From a virus (Duplodnaviria; Heunggongvirae; Uroviricota; Caudoviricetes): a stretch of DNA of 24,534 nucleotides. The notes beneath the pieces were generated by a model, which saw only the letters and a list, made by a program, of their open reading frames with translations, made no database searches and had not been told where the DNA came from. Position numbers and translations under genes: made by a program. Location of the stretch: IMG/VR virus record IMGVR_UViG_2698536676_000006; one strand, written 5' to 3'. Positions 1-8,670 of the stretch are shown piece after piece (the first letter of the stretch is position 1; each line of letters begins with the position of its first letter).

Positions 1-149
1 GGTTGAGAAGCGGTGTAAGTGAACTGCAGTTGCCATGTTTTACGGCAGTGAGAGCAGAGATAGCGCTGATGTCCGGCGGTGCTTTTGCCGTTACGCACCA
101 CCCCGTCAGTAGCTGAACAGGAGGGACAGCTGATAGAAACAGAAGCCAC
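1..149 (-). CDS. insA: IS1 InsA, 5' partial (GTG start at 149, runs off the window)
   Basis: Reverse complement reads GTGGCTTCTGTTTCTATCAGCTGTCCC..., i.e. [48 protein letters not shown], the InsA N-terminus with its zinc-finger cysteines. Confidence 0.75.
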   Translation of the reverse strand, partial: MASVSISCPSCSATDGVVRNGKSTAGHQRYLCSHCRKTWQLQFTYTASQ

Positions 150-204
150 TGGAGCACCTCAAAAACACCATCATACACTAAATCAGTAAGTTGGCAGCAT
201 CACC
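1..204 (-). mobile_element. IS1 left-end fragment (terminal inverted repeat plus insA 5' region); element continues left of the window
   Basis: Bases 1-204 are the exact reverse complement of 24331-24534 and match my recollection of the first 204 bp of IS1 (GGTGATGCTGCCAACTTACTGAT...CACCGCTTCTCAACC). Confidence 0.9.
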
Positions 205-557
205 TCATTCTTGATAAATATAATGTAACAGTCCCTTTAACTGTAAATATAGGGAAAGGCTTTGATATTTCTTATCTCAACAGTGTTGTTATCGGTCACA
301 AAGTAACAATCGGTGAAAATTGTTCAATAAAACCGGGGGTAACTATTGGGCTACGTGGTGATTTTAATGATATGGATATTGTTATAGGACATAATGTGAC
401 CATTGGTTGTAATGCCACCATTCTTGGTGGCAAAGTGCGTATAGGAAACAATGTCACAATAGGTGCTCATGCATTGGTATTGCATGATATTCCTGATGAT
501 TCAACATTCATCACTAAATTTCAGTCTGAAGTTATCTGCTCGTCCTCCCGCACATAA
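205..557 (+). pseudogene. Hexapeptide-repeat (left-handed beta-helix) acetyltransferase, N-terminally truncated by IS1
   Basis: The reading frame is open from the IS1 boundary; translation ...VVIGHKVTIGENCSIKPGVTIGLRGDFNDMDIVIGHNVTIGCNATILGGKVRIGNNVTIGAHALVLHDIP shows repeated [LIV]-G-x-x-x-x hexapeptides. The tool ORF 372..557 is only the part after an internal Met. It sits where P2 carries Z/fun, after the tail fibre assembly gene. Confidence 0.6.
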
Positions 558-1138
558 CCCTGATTCATCAGCTCTGGCCATACGATATCCGGAGCTGTAC
601 TGGTGTCAATTCTACTCACTAATACTCTGTATTTTCTCCAGGAATCCAGTTGTGAATTTTCCTCGTTTGTTGCTATTTCAAGATTAACTGCATCCTGCAG
701 AATTGCGATGTTATCTGTTGCCTCCTGGATCAACCTTGCCTTTTTCTCTTCCGCTTCCCGTATCCGAAACAGCTTTTCTGCTTCCTCATCCTTCACCCAG
801 GATACGCCGTCCCACTTCTGATATTCCCCTGCTGGCGACAACCAGGTGACATTCTCTGGTAGCGGTCCGGGTTCAGAAATAAACAACGCGTCCCCCGATG
901 CCACGTCATAGACCGTTTTACCACGATGGTCTTCAACAATATTCCACGATTCATTTTCACTGTTAAAAATTGCCACAAAGCCAGCAGGAATTTCCGGTGG
1001 GGCGATATCTGTAGAATTAGCTGGCAGCCCTGTATGAGGTGGAATATATGCGTCACCTTCACCAATAAACTCATTAGTTCCGGCCAGCAGGTTATAAATT
1101 TTTACAGTACGTGATTGTTCACTCATTCTGAATGCCAT
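521..1138 (-). CDS. Tail fibre assembly protein (P2 gpG / lambda Tfa-like chaperone)
   Basis: 205 aa; C-terminal ...[23 protein letters not shown] is typical of Tfa chaperones; start codon overlaps the tail fibre stop (TAATG) directly downstream of the fibre gene. Confidence 0.85.
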   Translation of the reverse strand: MAFRMSEQSRTVKIYNLLAGTNEFIGEGDAYIPPHTGLPANSTDIAPPEIPAGFVAIFNSENESWNIVEDHRGKTVYDVASGDALFISEPGPLPENVTWLSPAGEYQKWDGVSWVKDEEAEKLFRIREAEEKKARLIQEATDNIAILQDAVNLEIATNEENSQLDSWRKYRVLVSRIDTSTAPDIVWPELMNQGYVREDEQITSD

Positions 1139-3795
1139 TATGCAAGCCTCACAATATAATTAAATGCGATGTTTTTAACGGTGTTTTCCGCGTTACCAGC
1201 AGCGTTAACGGTGATGGTATGTCCATGTGAACCAATCGCAACAGAGTGCGTATGAGCGCCAATACCAACAGTGTGTGCATGTGCCCCAGCACTTGTAGCG
1301 GTACCTGATACTGAGTGGGTATGTGCGCCAGAAGAAGGCACAGTTCCATTCCCCACCACCGTGCCACTTGATGCACCATCCAGCCAGTCGAAATTCATAC
1401 CGCCACTGTTTGGTCTCCTTAATGGAACGGTATGAGTATGTGCGCCAGCACTATTTGCAGTACCAGATACATTGTGGGTATGTGCACCTGTGTTATTCGT
1501 TGATTTAGTACCGTAATCAAACGAAGATGTGGTTTTCGTACCCAAATCCGTATTGGATGCGCTGGCGCTGTGGGTGTGCGATTTAATGCCATCCTGTTCC
1601 AGAGACAATACGTCCCGACCACTGGCGGGTTTGCCCTTGATTGTCCAGCCACGCATATCCGGGATCACGCCTGACGGATAAGCGGCTGCAAGTTTCGGGT
1701 ATGCAGATTTGTCAAAAGTCTGTCCCTGCATCAGGGCGTAACCAGACGGCACAGTATCTGATGGCCACGGCAGCGGAACACCTGGCGGAAACGCTTCAAT
1801 ATTTGCCGAGCCGTCAAATTTTACGCCGTTAATTGTCCTTGCCGTTTTCAGCTTTGTTGCTGTAGCAGCATTGCCGGATAGTTCGCCTGAAAGACCACCG
1901 CTGAATGTCTGTTTCGCCGCCCATGTCTGAGCTTCGTCGATAATTGGCACACGTCTTGTCGTAATCGTGCGGCTTCCCGGATTTCCTGAAATGCGAACCA
2001 TAAAAAAGCGGTAATTCGCTTTACTTACAGTGCTGCGCCATACATGCATTGAGCGCCCCGTACCAGAATCATCACTCGGACCAACTGCGATGTTTATCAG
2101 GTTGCCATCAATGACGCCCCAGTCCATACCGTCGGGAATATTGGTCATGTTATCAAGCCGAACGGTTATCAGACTGCCCGGCACAAAATCGTAGGTCTGC
2201 CAGTCCAGGCTGGTGAGTTTTGCCACTGCGCCACCGATACCCAGATTCAGGGGAAGTGAATAAGATGTGTAAACTTCCCGCCATTCGCTCCACGAGCTGC
2301 CGGTATAAACGCGCTCAAACGTGCGACCTTTAAGGGTTGCACCTGTTCCGGCGGTTGTATAACGTTGCCATACGTTAACGCCATCAAAGCGCCTCAGCAC
2401 TTCCAGAATACCGAGTACAGTCACGCCGTTTCCGTCCAGTATTGGACCATTGGTCGCTTTACCTGTAACGCTGTAAATACCTGGTGAGGTTACATCATTC
2501 AAATCACCGTCGTAATAACGGCTTTCTGACTGGTAGCCCACTCTTGACCACGGCTCCCATTGTGGGTTCTCTGCATCCCACGAGGCCGAAAGACAGCGAA
2601 CATAAACATTTCCACGGCGGGTCGTGTAACGCTGCGTTCGCGAGTAACCACCACCTTCAAGAACTTCAAGGAGTCCCTGACCATAACTTCCTTCTTCCGG
2701 ATAGTTGCGGTCAAATGAAGCGATTGAGCCACTACTGTTTCGCCATAAACCAAGATGCTCTGCGCCTCCGAGCGTGTTCAGGTCAATGGTTGTGCTCAGG
2801 GGGCGTGTTGCAGACTGAACCTGACGCCAGTAACTCCACGGACCGTCTGAACCATTCCATGTGCCAGAAAGGTTGCGCATATAAACATTGCCTGTTCTGG
2901 TGGTGTAACGCTGCATTCCTGCAAAATTACCGCCATTGAATACCTCCAGTACACCGACTGCACCGTCTTCAGGGAAATTTTTAGCAGCCGTCGCGTTAGT
3001 GGATGTAGCTTTAGACCAGACGCCAAGATAAGCCTTAACGGGACCAAATGTATTCAAGTCAGCATCAAGCGGCATTTCGCCATTGTTTTTCATAAACGTC
3101 AGGCTGGTAACGCCAACATTGTCCAGAAAAGCGCCCTTATCTGGAATATCGTCACCGTTCTGGTCTTTCTGCATACGTTTTTCAGCATTGTCATAGGCTG
3201 CTTTTACTGCCTTTGGCGTTGCCGCCAGCTCTTCACTGGTGCTGTTTGTTGCGCTACTTAACTGAGTAAAACCTTTTTCTGTCAGCGTGGCGTCAGGATG
3301 GCGGCGGGATTGCTCATGCTCTGCGATTTTGTCATCGACGTAATCCTGCGTCGCCATCACTGTGCTGGCATCAATACTCAGCTCAACGGACGCTACGTTG
3401 CTGACAGTAATAACCATGCGGCAGGTCTGCGCGCGCCCGGAGCCTTCAGCGAGTTCAGGCTTATAGCTTTCCGCCATGTTAGCGACCGCAATCAGTGTTC
3501 CGGCATCGTCATACAGACCCAGCTCACGCATCCAGAAGCCGCCCACTTCTGGCGGTACAACCAGTTCAGCCACGATATAGTTTTTATTCTTGTTATCCAC
3601 GCTGACTTTATTCAGAGCGTGACGCCAGACCTCATGCACCAGTTTCGTCTGACCGGCATCCGGCACCGGCAATTTGCCATTACCGTCACCCACGGCCATT
3701 GCAGACAGAGTTACTTTTTTCCCGCCGGGGACAGTGGCGGCTGCCAGCTTCGCGGCTCCGGCAGTAGTGATAGCGGTTTTAAATTTCGTGCTCAT
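1138..3795 (-). CDS. Tail fibre protein (P2 gpH-like N-terminus, mosaic His-rich C-terminal tip)
   Basis: 885 aa; N-terminus [20 protein letters not shown]...[10 protein letters not shown]...[29 protein letters not shown] matches the conserved P2 gpH N-terminal domain; three internal repeats of LEV-x-GG...QRYTTR-x-GNVY-x-R; C-terminal GAHTH-x-VSG repeats. Confidence 0.9.
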   Translation of the reverse strand: MSTKFKTAITTAGAAKLAAATVPGGKKVTLSAMAVGDGNGKLPVPDAGQTKLVHEVWRHALNKVSVDNKNKNYIVAELVVPPEVGGFWMRELGLYDDAGTLIAVANMAESYKPELAEGSGRAQTCRMVITVSNVASVELSIDASTVMATQDYVDDKIAEHEQSRRHPDATLTEKGFTQLSSATNSTSEELAATPKAVKAAYDNAEKRMQKDQNGDDIPDKGAFLDNVGVTSLTFMKNNGEMPLDADLNTFGPVKAYLGVWSKATSTNATAAKNFPEDGAVGVLEVFNGGNFAGMQRYTTRTGNVYMRNLSGTWNGSDGPWSYWRQVQSATRPLSTTIDLNTLGGAEHLGLWRNSSGSIASFDRNYPEEGSYGQGLLEVLEGGGYSRTQRYTTRRGNVYVRCLSASWDAENPQWEPWSRVGYQSESRYYDGDLNDVTSPGIYSVTGKATNGPILDGNGVTVLGILEVLRRFDGVNVWQRYTTAGTGATLKGRTFERVYTGSSWSEWREVYTSYSLPLNLGIGGAVAKLTSLDWQTYDFVPGSLITVRLDNMTNIPDGMDWGVIDGNLINIAVGPSDDSGTGRSMHVWRSTVSKANYRFFMVRISGNPGSRTITTRRVPIIDEAQTWAAKQTFSGGLSGELSGNAATATKLKTARTINGVKFDGSANIEAFPPGVPLPWPSDTVPSGYALMQGQTFDKSAYPKLAAAYPSGVIPDMRGWTIKGKPASGRDVLSLEQDGIKSHTHSASASNTDLGTKTTSSFDYGTKSTNNTGAHTHNVSGTANSAGAHTHTVPLRRPNSGGMNFDWLDGASSGTVVGNGTVPSSGAHTHSVSGTATSAGAHAHTVGIGAHTHSVAIGSHGHTITVNAAGNAENTVKNIAFNYIVRLA

Positions 3796-3805
3796 TGTTT
3801 CTCAC

Positions 3806-4333
3806 TTATCCGGGATAAACAGTAATAACATCACCATCACAGACCACACCGCCTGTATACAGATAGCCGGGAATGTCCTGGATAATGTTCAGGCCGATAA
3901 GGTGGCGACTTGCGGGTTTGGCATCGGCAATCAGCCGTTCCATTTCCAGATACATTTCCTCGGTCACACCACTGTCCAGCGTGCCAACATCAACCTTGAA
4001 TGTTCCGGGTTCGCCGTCGAACTCCCACCACTCAGACACGCGAATGAGGTATCCCAGCGGCTCAATGGCCCGGCGCAGTGCGCTGATGGTCCCTTTGTGT
4101 CGGTGTATCAGCCATGCATCACGAATAACCTGTCGCTTTGTCTCTTCCGGCCAGTTGCGATCCCAGCGGTCAACGGAAAATGCCCAGGCGAGATAAGGCA
4201 GCAGATGCACCGGGCAGGTGTCCGGTGACCACAGCGTGTTGAGGTCTACCGGGATGTTTGTAATGCGCGCTCCGACAGCTTCGGCGCAACGCATGAAATT
4301 GCTGGCTGATGGTGGTAACAGTGAATTACTCAT
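3806..4333 (-). CDS. Baseplate assembly protein I (P2 gpI-like)
   Basis: Follows gpJ in P2 order. I prefer the ATG at 4331-4333, preceded by AAGGTGG and lying 2 nt after the gpJ stop, over the tool's GTG start at 4366. Confidence 0.8.
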   Translation of the reverse strand: MSNSLLPPSASNFMRCAEAVGARITNIPVDLNTLWSPDTCPVHLLPYLAWAFSVDRWDRNWPEETKRQVIRDAWLIHRHKGTISALRRAIEPLGYLIRVSEWWEFDGEPGTFKVDVGTLDSGVTEEMYLEMERLIADAKPASRHLIGLNIIQDIPGYLYTGGVVCDGDVITVYPG

Positions 4334-5222
4334 TACGCCCACCTTCGCTGATGGTGAATGACTCACAGCGCGCCGCCTGTATGTCGCTGATGGCCATATT
4401 CTGTGTGGGTTCGATTATCTCCACGCGTTGCACACCGTGCACATGCAGTGCGGCAGCAATGGCGGACAACGCCACGTCCTGACCGATAAGCCCCTGCTCA
4501 GCCAGCCACTTCCTGAACGACGATTCAGCCGCAGCCAGAATAGGTTCGGATTCCGGGCCGGGATAAAAGTACAGTTTTGCATTCAGCCGCCATGTCACGA
4601 TTCTGGCGCTCTGTACGGTCAGGCGGTCGGCCACCGGGCGGGTATCCTCTGCATTCAGAACGGCACGAACGGTATTAAGCAACGCCTCCGTTGCTGTGCC
4701 GTCGCCTTCAGTGGACAGGATGGAAACCGTCACACAGGCCGGAGACGGGCTGATGGCCCGCGCATCACGCACCAGACCGCTGGCGCTGCGTGCAAAATAC
4801 TCGTATGCACCTGACGGGCCAGCAACACTCAGGCCGTCGTACGCCCGCTGCGCCCGCAGTCTCAGCGAGGTGTCGCTCTCCATCACCGCGTCGGTGGTAT
4901 CCGTTGCCGGAGTGATAACCAGGCGCTTTGTGTTCATATTGCCCGCGAGGTTGTCCAGGTCTGTCCCGGCGCTGTGGCTTAACATGCAGGCGCGTGCACC
5001 CTCATTGACCCGCTGGCGTAACAGCATTTCACGAAACGCTGTTGTCTGGGCGATAACGTTCAGGGGTTCCGATTCCAGCTCCAGCGCAGCGGAAACGGCT
5101 TCACGCTGTTCGGCGGGATAAGCTGCAATCATCATGGCCTTTGTGTCAGCCAGAATTGCTTCAAAGTCAGGCTCCGCGATGATGGCGGGTTCTGGTAACT
5201 GGGAAAGGTCAACGGCGGGCAT
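4326..5222 (-). CDS. Baseplate assembly protein J (P2 gpJ-like)
   Basis: 298 aa; MPAVDLSQLPEP...LESEPL...RQRVNE...RPVADRLTVQSA...LHVHGVQRVEI is collinear with P2 gpJ as I recall it. Confidence 0.9.
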   Translation of the reverse strand: MPAVDLSQLPEPAIIAEPDFEAILADTKAMMIAAYPAEQREAVSAALELESEPLNVIAQTTAFREMLLRQRVNEGARACMLSHSAGTDLDNLAGNMNTKRLVITPATDTTDAVMESDTSLRLRAQRAYDGLSVAGPSGAYEYFARSASGLVRDARAISPSPACVTVSILSTEGDGTATEALLNTVRAVLNAEDTRPVADRLTVQSARIVTWRLNAKLYFYPGPESEPILAAAESSFRKWLAEQGLIGQDVALSAIAAALHVHGVQRVEIIEPTQNMAISDIQAARCESFTISEGGRNE

Positions 5223-5225
5223 GAT

Positions 5226-5576
5226 TTACTCCCTCAGCGTGATGGTTAACTCAACATTCTGCATGGTCTGCATGACAGTGCCCGACAGCGTCACCCCGGC
5301 GCGGCCTCCCGCTTTCCAGACAACGTCAATGGCATCCAGGGCAATGCGGGGTTCCCATCGTGTCAGCGCAATCACGGCAGCACTCATGCATTGCAGACGC
5401 GTGGTGTTATTCATGGGTTCGTCAATCAAATCAGGCACAAGGCTGCCATATTCCCGTCGCATAACCCGGCTTGCCAGCGGGGTGGTCAGGATGTCCCTGA
5501 CTGACTGTTTCAGGTGCTCCATATCGTTCAGGTTTCCCGTTCCGTCCGGGTTCATTCCTGTGTAGCGGGTTGTCAC
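5226..5576 (-). CDS. Baseplate wedge protein W (P2 gpW / gp25 family)
   Basis: 116 aa, MTTRYTGMNPDG...SRVMRREYGSL...; GTG start overlaps the upstream stop (GTGA). Confidence 0.85.
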   Translation of the reverse strand: MTTRYTGMNPDGTGNLNDMEHLKQSVRDILTTPLASRVMRREYGSLVPDLIDEPMNNTTRLQCMSAAVIALTRWEPRIALDAIDVVWKAGGRAGVTLSGTVMQTMQNVELTITLRE

Positions 5577-5980
5577 TGTGGGCCTCCTGTCGAATCGCTG
5601 CCGCCTTTCACGCCACCGTGTTTATGCGTATGCACTGTAATGCCGTTTGAGGTGAAGTTGCCGCCGCTGTGCGTGATATTGCCGCTCATCTTTCCTCCTT
5701 TTGTGACGTCAAGCGTCGCCGTTCTCAGAAGGTTTGTGCATTCCACGACGGGCGTATCCAGTTTCACGCTGACGGATGCCTGTAAAGTGGCCGTTTTCAT
5801 GCCGCTGGCGCTCAGTGCGCCAGCGTCCGCGTCGTAGCGGAACACCGCGCCGTCCGGCGCGCTGATCACGATTTCTTTCAGGCTTTTGCCGGGGGCCGGA
5901 CTGGCATCACTCCACAGGCTGCCAATTATCATGGCGGTTACGGCGATCTGTGCCGTCATAACTGGTATTCGTGCGCGCAA
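5573..5980 (-). pseudogene. Baseplate spike gpV, C-terminal fragment, fused out of frame to the capsid remnant
   Basis: ISAPDGAVFRYDADAGALSASGMKTATLQ...KLDTPVVECTN...GGKMSGNITHSGGNFTSNGITVHTHKHGG resembles the C-terminal half of P2 gpV; the N-terminal half is missing. Confidence 0.7.
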
Positions 5981-6218
5981 TCGGCCCGGTGGTGTCCAGG
6001 AGAACTTTTTCGCCTTTCTGGTCAGTTACACCGATTACATTAATTCTTTTCGTAAATTCGGTACTTTCCTTTGAAGCGTTTTCAAAACGCTGTTGTACCG
6101 ATGGATTGACGGTAAATCGCGATACCAGCGCAGAAACCGGGATATTGTTAAGCGACGCCTGCTGCGTCATGTAGCAGCCCAGCTTGTTACGGGCATTATC
6201 TGACATCACCAGATTCAT
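5907..6218 (-). pseudogene. Major capsid protein gpN, N-terminal fragment (about 90 codons), junction with gpV at roughly 5930-5980
   Basis: RFTVNPSVQQRFENASKESTEFTKRINVIGVTDQKGEKVLLDTTGPIARTNTSYDGTDRR parallels the P2 gpN N-terminus; homology stops and the frame overlaps the gpV fragment, implying loss of N(3')-M-L-X-Y-K-R-S-V(5'). Confidence 0.7.
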
Positions 6219-6241
6219 AAAAAATTTGCTCCTTTGTCTTA

Positions 6242-7078
6242 TCAGAAGTCAGCCAGCTGATCGGAGGCTGCGCCCGTTGCGGTGAACCGGTTCTGTGGAT
6301 CGCCGTCCTGCGTGCGCAGTTTTTCCTTCAGTGCTGTCAGCTCTGTGGTCAGTGACGTGATTTTCTGACGGTCCTGCTTATGGCGGGCTTCCAGCACATT
6401 AAAACGGTCGATAATGTCGGCCTGTGACGTTGCGACGCCTTCCACCGCTTCCTGAATACGGGAAAAACTGGCGTCATCCGCTTTGCGGCCACGGCCAATA
6501 ATCCCCATTACGCGGTTAAACCACTGGGTGCCTTCTTCCTGGCGTTGTTCTGCCATTTCGATGATTTCAGACTCAATGGCTTCGGAGATAAGCGGCGCTT
6601 CACCCTGGATACTGTTGAACGTCATCACCGCCTGACGTTGCTGTGCCGTGAATTTCAGGCGCTCAGTGCCCAGGCTTGCCGGGGTGTCGGTCATCGCCAG
6701 CCCGACCAGATAGGCGCGCCCGTTAACGGAGAACTGCGGGTGCAGTTCGATACTGGAATAGATTTTCTTGCCGTCAGCGACAAGCTGCTTCATGCGCTCG
6801 GTCGGTTCGATTTCTGCATACAGCGCAGTACGTCCGGCCAGCGGGCCTTCCGTAATATCTTCCGTACTCAGCGCGGTGACATCGCCCATTGCGGAAAATT
6901 CGCTTGACGGGCATGGCGAGAGATAGTGCTCAACGTTCACGCGGGCAGCGTAAACATCCGGGTTGAAGTTCTCGGCGGCTTCACGCAGATGTACCGGGCT
7001 GATTTCGCGGCCATCAACAGTTGATCCGGAGACAGCCACGCGAAACTTTTTGCGGGATGTCTTTTTTTCATTAGCCAT
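6242..7078 (-). CDS. Capsid scaffolding protein (P2 gpO-like)
   Basis: MANEKKTSRKKFRVAVSGSTVDGREISP...YLVGLAMTDTPASLGTE resembles P2 gpO; ATG at 7076-7078 with GAGGGG upstream is preferred over the tool start at 7111. Confidence 0.85.
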   Translation of the reverse strand: MANEKKTSRKKFRVAVSGSTVDGREISPVHLREAAENFNPDVYAARVNVEHYLSPCPSSEFSAMGDVTALSTEDITEGPLAGRTALYAEIEPTERMKQLVADGKKIYSSIELHPQFSVNGRAYLVGLAMTDTPASLGTERLKFTAQQRQAVMTFNSIQGEAPLISEAIESEIIEMAEQRQEEGTQWFNRVMGIIGRGRKADDASFSRIQEAVEGVATSQADIIDRFNVLEARHKQDRQKITSLTTELTALKEKLRTQDGDPQNRFTATGAASDQLADF

Positions 7079-7232
7079 AGTTTTTGCCCCTCTGACTGGT
7101 TCTTCAGTCATGATGGCAAAGCGTAACAGGCTGATACAAAGGGCTTTTGTTGTAAGAAAACGGCCAGAACAGGGGGTTAAGGAGAACGGTTTCGCGCGCG
7201 GGTAATCTTCCTGTAATTACTCAGGGGGAGCA

Positions 7233-8495
7233 ATGATTCAGGACGCTTTTGTGCGCCAGCGTGCGCGGCAACTTTACTGGCAGGGTTATCCGCCCGCAGA
7301 AATATCACGTCTGATGGGAATAAACCCGAACACGATTTATGCGTGGAAAAAACGCGACCAGTGGGATGAAACGCCCCCCGTGCAGCGTGTCACGCAGTCC
7401 ATCGATGCGCGCCTCATCCAGCTTACTGAAAAACAGAATAAAACAGGCGGTGACTTTAAGGAAATAGACCTGCTGACCCGGCAGCTTAAAAAGCTGCATG
7501 ATGGCCAGCCGGATGTGATGGCCGCAGGAAAGAAAGGCCGGGCGAAAAAACTTAAAAATCATTTCACGCCGGAACAGATTGCCGCACTGCGGGAAAAAAT
7601 CATCAGCAGGCTGGAGTGGCATCAGCGGGGCTGGTTTGACTCCCTGACACTTTGCAGGGAAGCCGGGATACGTAACAGGATGATCCTGAAATCCCGACAG
7701 ATTGGGGCGACCTGGTATTTTGCACAGGAAGCTCTGCTGATGGCGCTGCGTGACGATGTGGCGCAACCTTACCAGCGTAACCAGATTTTTTTGTCTGCGT
7801 CGCGTCGTCAGGCGTTCCAGTTTAAAAGCATTATTCAGAAGGTCGCGGCTGAAGTTGATGTGGAGCTGAAAGGGGGCGATAAAATCATCCTCTCCAACGG
7901 CGCAGAGCTGCATTTTCTCGGCACTTCTGCTGCGTCGGCACAGTCCTATACGGGCAATTTTTATTTTGATGAATTTTTCTGGGTCAGTCGCTTTGCTGAA
8001 CTGCGCAAGGTGGCTGGCGCTATGGCAACCCTCAGCGGACTGCGGCGCACCTACTTCTCCACGCCATCCACCGAAACGCACGAGGCGTACGCCTACTGGA
8101 ACGGCGACCGCTGGAACGAGAAAAAGGCCTCGCATAAACGCCAGCGTTTTTCTGTGGACTGGAAAACGCTGCATAACGGGCTTATCTGCCCTGACCGGAC
8201 TTGGCGGCAAATTGTCACGCTGGAAGATGTGGTTAATCACGGCTGGAAACACACCGATATCGACGAAATTCGTGATGAAAACACCGAAGACGAGTTCCTC
8301 AATCTCTATATGTGTGAGTTTGTCCGCGAAGGGGAATCGGCATTTAACCTGAATATCCTGATTGGCTGCGGTGTTGACGGATACGACGACTGGAAAGACT
8401 GGAAACCTTTTGCTCCCCGCCCGATGGGGAATCGTCCGGTATGGATTGGGTATGACGCAAACGGCAGCAGTGGCAACGGCGACATGCCAGCTTGA
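7233..8495 (+). pseudogene. Terminase ATPase subunit (P2 gpP-like), C-terminally truncated
   Basis: 420 aa with N-terminal ...LYWQGYPPAEISRLMGINPNTIYAWKKRDQWDE; P2 gpP is about 590 aa as I recall. The ORF ends shortly after VWIGYDA, and portal Q, cos and the tin/old region expected between P and A are absent. Confidence 0.75.
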
Positions 8496-8560
8496 TGTTG
8501 GTGGAGCCGTCGTCGATACAAATTTTCATGTCGCTTTTCCTTATGTTGATTAATTAATCG

Positions 8561-8670
8561 TTTACGGGATTCTGAAATCCCGTTTTTGCCTGTTTTATGC
8601 GCGCTTCATATATCGCGGCGCGTTTTTTGCTCATTTACGGGATTTGTGAATCCCGTTTCTGTCTGTTTTT
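8561..8670 (+). repeat. Two diverged direct repeats (8561-8596, 8634-8670), each an 8-bp-stem hairpin ACGGGATT-N4-AATCCCGT followed by a T-run
   Basis: Read directly: tttacgggattctgaaatcccgtttttgcctgtttt and tttacgggatttgtgaatcccgtttctgtctgttttt. Confidence 0.6.

Noticed and set aside
463-1114. Several 60-93-aa ORFs overlapping the tail fibre assembly gene
   Set aside because: They overlap a gene with clear Tfa-family sequence and have no coding signal of their own.
2484-3047. ORFs inside and antisense to the tail fibre gene
   Set aside because: Overlap a confidently assigned P2 gpH-like gene.
3298-4228. Plus-strand ORFs of 175, 184 and 107 aa
   Set aside because: Antisense to the tail fibre, gpI and gpJ genes.
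7079-7232. Ogr-type late promoter sites (TGT-N12-ACA) between gpO and gpP
   Set aside because: I could not find a convincing TGT-N12-ACA dyad by eye; not asserted.
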